From: Eubacterium maltosivorans
Lineage (GTDB): Bacteria; Bacillota; Clostridia; Eubacteriales; Eubacteriaceae
Direction: 5' to 3'
Assembly (NCBI RefSeq): GCF_002441855.2
Contig: NZ_CP029487.1
Span: 3,366,349-3,398,348 of the forward strand
Length of the DNA: 32,000 nt
Position 1 is the first letter of the stretch. Every line of letters starts with the position of its first letter. Below are positions 14,869 through 22,129 of this stretch, in pieces. Under the pieces are notes generated by a model that saw only the letters and a list, made by a program, of their open reading frames with translations, was not told the DNA's origin and did no database searches. A program made the position numbers and the translations under genes.

Positions 14869-16227
14869 ATGGCCACCACAAAAATTTGGGACATCCGGGG
14901 CCGTCTGGACAGGGTGGTTGATTATGCCAAAAATCCGGATAAGACAAAGAACAAAAATTATGGCGTGGCTGACGTACAGGCCCTGCGGGATGTGATGGAC
15001 TATGTGTCGCAGGACATTAAAACTGAAAGGCAGTTTTATGTCACAGGTTTAAACTGTTCACCCGAAACCGCGAGGGAGGAGATGACCATCACCCAAAAGC
15101 AGTACCGCAAGGAGGGCGGCATCATTGCCTATCACGCCTATCAAAGCTTCAAACCCGGGGAAGTCACCCCGGAGATCGCCCATGAAATCGGCGTAAAACT
15201 GGCAGAGGAATTGTGGGGATCACGGTTTGAGGTGATCGTCGCAACCCACATCGACAAAGCCCATATTCACAATCACATGGTGCTGAACGCTGTCTCCTTT
15301 GCTGATGGGCTGCGCTACTATGACAATAAAGAAACCTATCGGAAAATGCGGGAGGTCTCCGACCGTCTTTGCCTTGAATACAAGCTTTCCGTGATTCAAA
15401 AGACCATGAACAAGTCTATGCAGTACGGTGAGTGGCGGGCAGAGCAGGAAGGAAAACCCACATGGCGGGGCCTGATCTTAAAAGACCTCGATGCAACCAT
15501 TTCCGAATCCGTGACCCTTCGGCAGTTTCTGTATCGTCTGCGGCAGAAGGGATACGCCATCAAGTATGATGCAAAATACTTCACGCTGAAGCCGCCCGGG
15601 AAAGCGCGATATGTGCGCATTGACCGCCAGTATCCCGAATACCGTTTAGACAACATCGAACAGCGGATTTTTAAACAGCAGCAGATCAAGCAGTACCGAC
15701 CCGGGCCAAAGGCTGCAAAGAAAAAAATGCTTTTGCACGGAAGCTTTGAAAAAGCCCGTCATACCAGCGGCCTGCGGGGCCTGTACCTTTACTACTGCTT
15801 TAAGCTGGGCGTGTTTCAAAAGAAAAAAGACCGGGAAGCAGGCGCACTGCCGTTTCTGTACCGGGAGGATATACGGAAGATGGAACAAATCAGTCAGGAA
15901 GCGTGTTTTCTATGCCGCCATCAGATCAACACCATGGATGAACTGGCAGCTCATAAGATAGAAAATGAACAGCAGATAAAAAAACTCTGTACTGAGCGTA
16001 AAAAACTCTGGAACAGAACACAGCGCACACCGGATGAAAAAGAGGTGACTAAAATCAAAGCGGACATTGCCGGGCTGAGCGCGCAGATCAAAGCACTCAG
16101 AAAGGAAGTGAAGTATTGTGACGGCATTGCCGCGCGATCCATGCCGATGAAAGAAAAAATCAAAGCAGTCAAATTAGAAGAAAAAAATAAAGGAAAGGAG
16201 CATACCAAAAATGAATACAAGCGGTGA
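14869..16227 (+). CDS. MobA/VirD2-family conjugative relaxase
   Basis: N-terminal relaxase fold with the histidine triad HIDKAHIHNH. The N-terminus is MATTKIWDIRGRLDRVVDYAKNPDKT. The C-terminal part is coiled-coil. The start is tightly coupled to the mobC stop. Confidence 0.85.
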   Translation: MATTKIWDIRGRLDRVVDYAKNPDKTKNKNYGVADVQALRDVMDYVSQDIKTERQFYVTGLNCSPETAREEMTITQKQYRKEGGIIAYHAYQSFKPGEVTPEIAHEIGVKLAEELWGSRFEVIVATHIDKAHIHNHMVLNAVSFADGLRYYDNKETYRKMREVSDRLCLEYKLSVIQKTMNKSMQYGEWRAEQEGKPTWRGLILKDLDATISESVTLRQFLYRLRQKGYAIKYDAKYFTLKPPGKARYVRIDRQYPEYRLDNIEQRIFKQQQIKQYRPGPKAAKKKMLLHGSFEKARHTSGLRGLYLYYCFKLGVFQKKKDREAGALPFLYREDIRKMEQISQEACFLCRHQINTMDELAAHKIENEQQIKKLCTERKKLWNRTQRTPDEKEVTKIKADIAGLSAQIKALRKEVKYCDGIAARSMPMKEKIKAVKLEEKNKGKEHTKNEYKR

Positions 16228-17104
16228 CGCAGCTGAACAAGTCATCCGACTATCCCTTGAAGGGGCGGATTTTTTGTTGCGGCTGACAGGGACAGGCCTT
16301 AAAAATCTGGCCTTTCTGTTAATCTCAGCTTTAAAGAGTGCTGATGTACACAAAACAAAAGGAAAAACCCGATTAACAGCTATGCTGAAATCCGGGAAAC
16401 CCTTAACCGTTTTTTCGATTAACAATGCTGACCTTGAAGTCTTTGCCAAAGAAGCCAAGCATTACGGGGTGCTTTACTGTGCCCTGGGCAATCCGACAGG
16501 CAGTCCGGATGGTGTGACGGATATTCTGGTGAAGCAGGAGGATGCTGTGCGGATCAACCGGATCGTTGAACGCTTCCAGCTGGCAGCAGTGAATACCGCG
16601 GAAATTAAGAGTGAAATTCTGAATGAACGGGAAGGGCAGACGCAGACTCCTGAAGAAGTACAGGCAGAGGAAGCCCTGTTGAATGATCTTTTTGGTGCAT
16701 CGGATCAGGAATCCAAAGCCGGGGAAGAACAGCTGCTGGATGTCCTTTTAGGCCCCGCAGAGCCAAAGGAGGAAAACGAGCTGCCCCCAAAGGAGGAAAA
16801 CATGGTTTCGGGCAGGGAGGACAAGGAAGTCCTACAGGCGGAGAAACCCTACGCCGAGGACCCGCAGGCCCAGGCACAGGAGAAAAGCCTTCCATCCGGG
16901 AACAGCTTGAAGCCGCCCGCCGCAGAAGAAGGTAAACCTTCCGTCCGGGCAGAACTCAGAGCGATCAAAGCCGAGCAGGAAAAGGCCCGGGCAGAACCCG
17001 AACGCAGCGCACCGGAGCCGCAAAAGGAAACCAAACACCATGGGCCCAAGCGGAAAACCAAAAAAGAGATTCAAAAAAAATCGAAGGGAGATAAAACACG
17101 ATGA
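16211..17104 (+). CDS. PcfB-family (DUF3801) protein with a disordered E/P/K/A-rich C-terminal half
   Basis: NTSGDAAEQVIRLSLEGADFLLRLTGTGLKNLAFLL...KTKGKTRLTAMLKSGKPLTVFSI...AKHYGVLYC matches the PcfB family as I remember it. Confidence 0.7.
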   Translation: MNTSGDAAEQVIRLSLEGADFLLRLTGTGLKNLAFLLISALKSADVHKTKGKTRLTAMLKSGKPLTVFSINNADLEVFAKEAKHYGVLYCALGNPTGSPDGVTDILVKQEDAVRINRIVERFQLAAVNTAEIKSEILNEREGQTQTPEEVQAEEALLNDLFGASDQESKAGEEQLLDVLLGPAEPKEENELPPKEENMVSGREDKEVLQAEKPYAEDPQAQAQEKSLPSGNSLKPPAAEEGKPSVRAELRAIKAEQEKARAEPERSAPEPQKETKHHGPKRKTKKEIQKKSKGDKTR

Positions 17105-17988
17105 GTAACTTATATGACCTGTTTGGTCAGGAAGAACCCGAACAGAAGCCGAGAAACAATCAAAAGTGGCAGGCCGAGCAAAAGGCCAACCGGGAATACT
17201 GCTATACACAAATTGAAAAGGCCCTTGAAACCATTGGGAAAAGTCCCGAGCTATTTCAGGGGTATCTGAACGTTCAGGCCAATTTTGAATACTATACTGC
17301 CCGTAACGCGCTGCTCATACAGGTGCAGCGGGAAACCGCCACCAAAATTGCAGACAGTACGACATGGAAAGAGCAGGGTATCTTTGTGAAACAGTCCGAG
17401 TTCAGAAACCCGATTTTGATTCTGGAACCCGGAAACCCCTACACCCGTGATGATGGAACAACCGGGCAGTCCTTCAAGGCCAAGAAAATGTACGACATCA
17501 CCCAGACCACCTGTCGGGTGCGTTCTCAGAAAACAGGCAAACTGGATGACCGGATGCTGATAAAATCACTCATTTCAAAGGCCCCGGTAAAGATTCTGAC
17601 CGCCGAAGCCGTCAATCATCCGCTGGCCGTGGATTTTGATATGGATAAAGAGTGCGTGGTGGTGGAAAAAGGGCTGAATCCGGATGCCATGTATCAGGGA
17701 ATCGCCGCCGCTTTAGCCAAGTCCGAACTGGCCTTAAACGGATGCGATACCAAAACCCTTGATTTCAAGGCCCAGGCCGCCGCTTACATGATCTGCAGAC
17801 AGGCAGGCGTTTCAACCGCATGCTTTGACTTTTCAAAGCTGCCGGATTTTCTGACCAGTGCAGAACCGCAGCAGGTGGGCGCAGAGCTGACCGCCATCAA
17901 GGATGCCATGGCCGAGGTGTCCATGCGGGTAAAGTACAATTTACAGCAGATGGTACAGCAAAAGAGCCGGGCAGACCCGGCACGCTGA
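17101..17988 (+). CDS. ArdC-N-like (ssDNA-binding, antirestriction-type) domain protein, putative
   Basis: YYTARNALLIQVQRETATKIADSTTWKEQGIFVKQSEFRNPILIL resembles the ArdC N-terminal pattern (YS..N..L...Q........T..QW...G..V.KGEK). The start overlaps the pcfB stop (ATGA). Confidence 0.45.
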   Translation: MSNLYDLFGQEEPEQKPRNNQKWQAEQKANREYCYTQIEKALETIGKSPELFQGYLNVQANFEYYTARNALLIQVQRETATKIADSTTWKEQGIFVKQSEFRNPILILEPGNPYTRDDGTTGQSFKAKKMYDITQTTCRVRSQKTGKLDDRMLIKSLISKAPVKILTAEAVNHPLAVDFDMDKECVVVEKGLNPDAMYQGIAAALAKSELALNGCDTKTLDFKAQAAAYMICRQAGVSTACFDFSKLPDFLTSAEPQQVGAELTAIKDAMAEVSMRVKYNLQQMVQQKSRADPAR

Positions 17989-17996
17989 GGTAGATC

Positions 17997-18191
17997 ATGA
18001 AAGAAGTCAAAAGAATTTTAACCCTTGACCATGTGGAGTACGGCGTTCTGATCAATGCCCTCAATCAAATGCGAAACGGCCTGATAAGGCAGAAACGGTC
18101 AACAGATGTCGTGGACGACCTCTTACTGAAAACCATCGACGCACCTACAGAAAAGACCGGGAAAAGGAAGGGACGCGACAGTGCAAGATAA
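17997..18191 (+). CDS. Small hypothetical protein (64 aa) preceding the coupling protein
   Basis: Compact ORF whose end overlaps the virD4 GTG start. Basic C-terminal tail. Confidence 0.55.
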   Translation: MKEVKRILTLDHVEYGVLINALNQMRNGLIRQKRSTDVVDDLLLKTIDAPTEKTGKRKGRDSAR

Positions 18192-20025
18192 TTTCAGTAA
18201 AAACATGGTGCTGTACATCGCCCTCCTTGTGCCGGTGATCGGACTGGCCCTGCGCATTGCCCCTTTCATCGACGAGGGACTTTATGCCTTTATCCTTAAG
18301 TTCCCCGAAGCAATGGAGCATCCCTTTAAAATCACATGGTGTGAGGGCAGCTTAAAATCCATCCTGATTCTGATGATTTTATATGTCATGGGAATCGGGA
18401 TTTTTTATGCCACAAAAAAGAACTACCGCCGGGGTGAGGAACACGGAAGCGCGAAGTGGGGGGATGCCCAAAGCGTCAACCGAAAATACCGGGAGAAACA
18501 CTTTGAAGATAACAAGCTGCTGACCCAGAACGTGCGCATGGGTCTGGACGGCCATCGGCACCGGAGAAACCTAAACGTGTTAATCTGCGGGGGGAGCGGG
18601 GCCGGGAAAACCCGATTCTATGCAAAGCCCAATGTCATGCAGGCCAATACCAGTATGGTGATCCTTGATCCCAAGGGTGAGATCCTCCGCGATACCGGAC
18701 AGATGCTCAGAGAAAAGGGGTATGAAGTCCGCATTTTAGATTTAATCAACATGGAGAAGTCACACTGCTATAACCCCTTTGTCTATCTCAAAACCGACAA
18801 CGATGTGCAGCGGCTTGTGACAAACCTCTTTAAGGCTACAACCATAAAAGGCGCGCAGTCAAGCGATCCCTTCTGGGATACAGCGGCCAGTATGTTACTG
18901 CTGTCCTTAGTCTTTTTTCTGAAATACGAAGCCCCGCCCGAGGAACAGAATTTTCCCATGGTCATGGAGCTGCTCAGAAATGGGGACATCCCCGAAGATG
19001 TGGACGGCTATGTGTCGCCCCTTGATGAGCTGATGGATCGTCTGGAAGCTCGGGAGCCGGATCACATTGCTCTGAAGTATTACCGCAATTATCGGAGTGG
19101 TGCCGCCAAGACCGTAAAATCCATCCAGATCACCTTAGCGGCAAGACTGGAAAAGTTCAACCTTGAAAGTCTCTCAGCACTCACAGTGACCGATGAACTG
19201 GACTTAGCCAGCATGGGAGAAAAGAAGGTGGCTTTGTTTGCGTTAATCCCAGACAACGACACCTCTTTCAACTTCCTCATCAGTATTTTATACACGCAGC
19301 TCTTTCAGCAATTGTTTTACACCGCTGACCGAAAATATGGGGGGCTGTTACCCGTGCACGTTCACTTTATCATGGATGAGTTCGCCAACGTTTCACTGCC
19401 CGATGATTTTGATAAAATTCTCAGTGTTATGCGTTCCCGGGGCGTTTCTGTATCCATTATTTTACAGAACATGGCGCAGCTCAAAGCCCTGTTTGAAAAG
19501 CAATGGGAAAGTATCGCCGGGAATTGCGACGCGTTTTTATATCTCGGCGGCAATGAGCAGGCAACACACAAATATGTCAGTGAACTGCTCGGGAAACAAA
19601 CCATTGACACCAACACCTACGGAAAAAGCTCAGGTAAGAGCGGGAATTATTCAACAAATTACCAAAACAGCGGCCGGGAGCTGATGACACCGGATGAAGT
19701 GCGGATGCTCGACAACCGTTATGCTCTGCTCTTTATCCGCGGAGAACGGCCCATTAAAGATGAAAAATACAACCTGTTAAAACACCCCAATATCCATCTG
19801 ACCACCGACGGCGGGATGCCGCCATATGAACACGGGCGTGTGGATCACGCTGTTGCAAGCATGAGCCTTGTGCCTTATTCGCCGGATATTGTGATTGAGG
19901 AAATGGAAATATCTGAAGAAACAACCTGTGAACTCTGGTCGGAGGAAGATTTAGAAGCTTATTTTGAAAAACAAAAGGAGATTTACCTAAATGAACCAAA
20001 CAACGAAACGAAAAAAGAAGCATAA
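18181..20025 (+). CDS. virD4: VirD4/TraG-family type IV coupling protein
   Basis: Two N-terminal TM helices, Walker A GGSGAGKT and Walker B FIMDEFAN. The alternative ATG start is at 18206. Confidence 0.9.
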   Translation: MQDNFSKNMVLYIALLVPVIGLALRIAPFIDEGLYAFILKFPEAMEHPFKITWCEGSLKSILILMILYVMGIGIFYATKKNYRRGEEHGSAKWGDAQSVNRKYREKHFEDNKLLTQNVRMGLDGHRHRRNLNVLICGGSGAGKTRFYAKPNVMQANTSMVILDPKGEILRDTGQMLREKGYEVRILDLINMEKSHCYNPFVYLKTDNDVQRLVTNLFKATTIKGAQSSDPFWDTAASMLLLSLVFFLKYEAPPEEQNFPMVMELLRNGDIPEDVDGYVSPLDELMDRLEAREPDHIALKYYRNYRSGAAKTVKSIQITLAARLEKFNLESLSALTVTDELDLASMGEKKVALFALIPDNDTSFNFLISILYTQLFQQLFYTADRKYGGLLPVHVHFIMDEFANVSLPDDFDKILSVMRSRGVSVSIILQNMAQLKALFEKQWESIAGNCDAFLYLGGNEQATHKYVSELLGKQTIDTNTYGKSSGKSGNYSTNYQNSGRELMTPDEVRMLDNRYALLFIRGERPIKDEKYNLLKHPNIHLTTDGGMPPYEHGRVDHAVASMSLVPYSPDIVIEEMEISEETTCELWSEEDLEAYFEKQKEIYLNEPNNETKKEA

Positions 20026-20344
20026 AGCCCCGACACCCCGTCTGCCTGTGAACACCAAAATGCGCCGCCGCTTTTCGGTTTATATGGCGATGGTACTGTG
20101 TGTTTTGTGTACCACAACCGTGCGCGCTGCCGATGACCCTATTGCCGTGGTCAACAACCTGTCCACCTTTATCTTTGGCCTTGTCCGGGCGGTCGGTATG
20201 ATCCTCATCGGCTATGGCATTGTGCAGATTGGTTTATCCCTTAAGTCCCATGATCCAAGTCAGAGGGCCAACGGCATCATGACCGTGGCCGGAGGGATCG
20301 TGGTCACCTTTGCCAAGGAAATTTTGAACACCATTGCGGGATAA
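19991..20344 (+). CDS. Maff2-family small membrane protein (possible pilin-like T4SS component)
   Basis: The signal-like segment and NNLSTFIFGLVRAVGMILIGYGIVQIGLSLKSHDPSQRANG match the Maff2 family as I remember it. AAGGAG lies 9 nt upstream of the ATG. Confidence 0.7.
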   Translation: MNQTTKRKKKHKAPTPRLPVNTKMRRRFSVYMAMVLCVLCTTTVRAADDPIAVVNNLSTFIFGLVRAVGMILIGYGIVQIGLSLKSHDPSQRANGIMTVAGGIVVTFAKEILNTIAG

Positions 20345-20365
20345 TCCGGTATGCATACAAAGAAA

Positions 20366-20397
20366 AAAGGGCAGGCCAAAACGCTGGCCCGCCCTTT
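20366..20397 (+). other. Strong stem-loop between the Maff2 and VirB6-like genes (partial terminator or attenuator)
   Basis: AAAGGGCAGGCCA (20366-20378), loop AAACGC, TGGCCCGCCCTTT (20385-20397): a 13-bp stem with one mismatch. Only a short T-tract follows. Confidence 0.5.
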
Positions 20398-20411
20398 GAA
20401 AGGAGGATTCA

Positions 20412-21251
20412 ATGGAAAGTGATAACTGGATTGTACAAAATCTGCAAAACGCACTGGACACATGGAATGGAAAGCTGTCGGAAATCTGGCAGCTGCTCAC
20501 CCAGTCGCCCCAGACCTTTAAGGGCGGTGGCATCTGGGAGGTGATTGTCAACATCAACGGCACCTTGCAGGCCATCGGCTATGCCCTGTTGGTGTTGTTT
20601 TTTCTGGTAGGCATGGTCAAGACCTGCGGCTCACTGGCAGAAGTCAAGAAGCCGGAACACGCCCTGAAACTCTTTGTGCGCTTTGCCATTGCCAAGGGAG
20701 TCATCACCTATGGTCTGGAACTTATGATTGCCCTGTTTACCATTGTGCAGGGGATCGTGTCAAAAATCATGGTGACGGCGGGGCTGGGGGGTGCGACCCA
20801 AACCGTGCTGCCGCCAGAGATTGTGGAAGCAGTGGAGAACTGTGCATTTCTTGAAAGCATCCCTTTGTGGGCGGTGACTCTCATCGGAGGACTGTTCATC
20901 ACCGTATTGTCTTTTGTAATGATCATGAGCGTATATGGACGTTTTTTTAAGCTCTTTCTCTATACTGCCATTGCCCCGGTGCCCTTGTCCACCTTTGCGG
21001 GTGAACCCAGCCAGAGCATTGGCAAAAGCTTTCTGAAAAGCTATGCGGGTGTCTGTCTGGAGGGGGCAATCATTGTACTGGCCTGTGTGATTTTTTCACT
21101 GTTTGCGGCATCCCCGCCACAGGTCAACCCGGACGCTTCGGCGGTCACCATGGTTTGGGCCTATATCGGGGAACTGGTTTTTAACATGCTGGTATTGGTG
21201 GGAACCATCAAGCTTGCAGATCACTGTGTGAAGGAGATGATGGGCCTGTAG
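20412..21251 (+). CDS. VirB6/TrbL-like polytopic T4SS membrane protein
   Basis: AAGGAGG lies upstream. The protein has six or more hydrophobic helices and occupies the usual position between Maff2 and PrgI/VirB4. Confidence 0.7.
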   Translation: MESDNWIVQNLQNALDTWNGKLSEIWQLLTQSPQTFKGGGIWEVIVNINGTLQAIGYALLVLFFLVGMVKTCGSLAEVKKPEHALKLFVRFAIAKGVITYGLELMIALFTIVQGIVSKIMVTAGLGGATQTVLPPEIVEAVENCAFLESIPLWAVTLIGGLFITVLSFVMIMSVYGRFFKLFLYTAIAPVPLSTFAGEPSQSIGKSFLKSYAGVCLEGAIIVLACVIFSLFAASPPQVNPDASAVTMVWAYIGELVFNMLVLVGTIKLADHCVKEMMGL

Positions 21252-21260
21252 AAATAAAAA

Positions 21261-21279
21261 AGGACGTGGTTAACGTCCT
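21261..21279 (-). terminator. Terminator of the inverted membrane-protein gene
   Basis: AGGACGT, loop GGTTA, ACGTCCT (21261-21279). On the minus strand it is followed by TTTTTATTT (rc of 21252-21260). The hairpin overlaps the TAG stop of the minus-strand gene. Confidence 0.6.
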
Positions 21280-21658
21280 AGAATACAGGCTTATCGTCTT
21301 TGTTATAGCGCATGGTTCCTTCGCTGTCAATATAGCAGTCACGGGTAGAGATACCCCGAGCTCTTGCCGTCCGGGCCTGCCAGGCAATATCTTCTTTCAT
21401 GGTTTTATAGTATTGCCGCTCGTCCCAGTAATCCTTAAAAGAGCGTATCCAAGAGATCAGGGAAAAACCCAAAAGAATAAAGAGAATGGCAAAAGCCAGT
21501 TTTTCGTGGGCAGCCGCCCATGGATTGAGAAAAGTGCTGACCAGCAGGAAATAGACAACGGGCAATGTCAGACGAAGCTTTCCAGCAAGCTTCAACACAA
21601 ACGACAAAACAATGAGCACAATGGTGATGATCAATGAAATAAATGCGACATATACCAT
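21278..21658 (-). CDS. Membrane protein of unknown function (3 TM helices plus a basic cytoplasmic tail), inverted within the T4SS operon
   Basis: AGGAGG lies 6 nt upstream of the ATG on the minus strand. The hydrophobic helices are clean (MVYVAFISLIITIVLIVLSFVL...) and the gene has its own terminator. The overlapping plus-strand ORF 21266..21637 lacks these features. Confidence 0.7.
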   Translation of the reverse strand: MVYVAFISLIITIVLIVLSFVLKLAGKLRLTLPVVYFLLVSTFLNPWAAAHEKLAFAILFILLGFSLISWIRSFKDYWDERQYYKTMKEDIAWQARTARARGISTRDCYIDSEGTMRYNKDDKPVF

Positions 21659-21748
21659 GGGGGCGCCTCCTATGTATTGATTTTTATAGTTTTAGTATAG
21701 CAGGCTTCGCTCAAAAAGCAAGCCTGTAAAAGCAAAAGGAGATTTATT

Positions 21749-22129
21749 ATGGAAGTGAAGATAAACCGCGAGATCCGCGAATATACAGAAAGCATGTTTT
21801 TCGGACTGTCCATGCGGCAGTTTGTTTTTTCGGTTATGGCCTGTGGGATGGCCGTTGGCCTGTATTTTTTACTCAGGCCTTACTTTGGCATGGAAACACT
21901 GTCCTGGGCCTGTATCTTAGCTGCTGCACCCTTTGGGGCGTTAGGCTTTATCAAGTACCACGGCATGAACGCCGAACAGTTTCTGTGGGCATGGATAAAA
22001 GATCGGTTTCTAATGCCCAAAATTCTGATTTTTGATGCGGACAACCTGTATTACCGGATGCTGACCACGCCAGCTAACAAGAAAAGAGATAAAAAAGAAA
22101 AAAAGGATCAAGGAGCGAAAAATGATTAA
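21749..22129 (+). CDS. PrgI/VirB3-like small T4SS membrane protein
   Basis: FFGLSMRQFVFSVMACGMAVGLYFLL...FGALGFIKYHGMNAEQFLWAWIKDRF is typical of the PrgI family. The gene overlaps the virB4 start. Confidence 0.75.
   Translation: MEVKINREIREYTESMFFGLSMRQFVFSVMACGMAVGLYFLLRPYFGMETLSWACILAAAPFGALGFIKYHGMNAEQFLWAWIKDRFLMPKILIFDADNLYYRMLTTPANKKRDKKEKKDQGAKND

Noticed and set aside
21266-21637. Plus-strand 123-aa ORF opposite the inverted membrane gene
   Set aside because: The minus-strand frame has a proper SD, clean TM helices and a matching terminator. The plus-strand frame has none of these.
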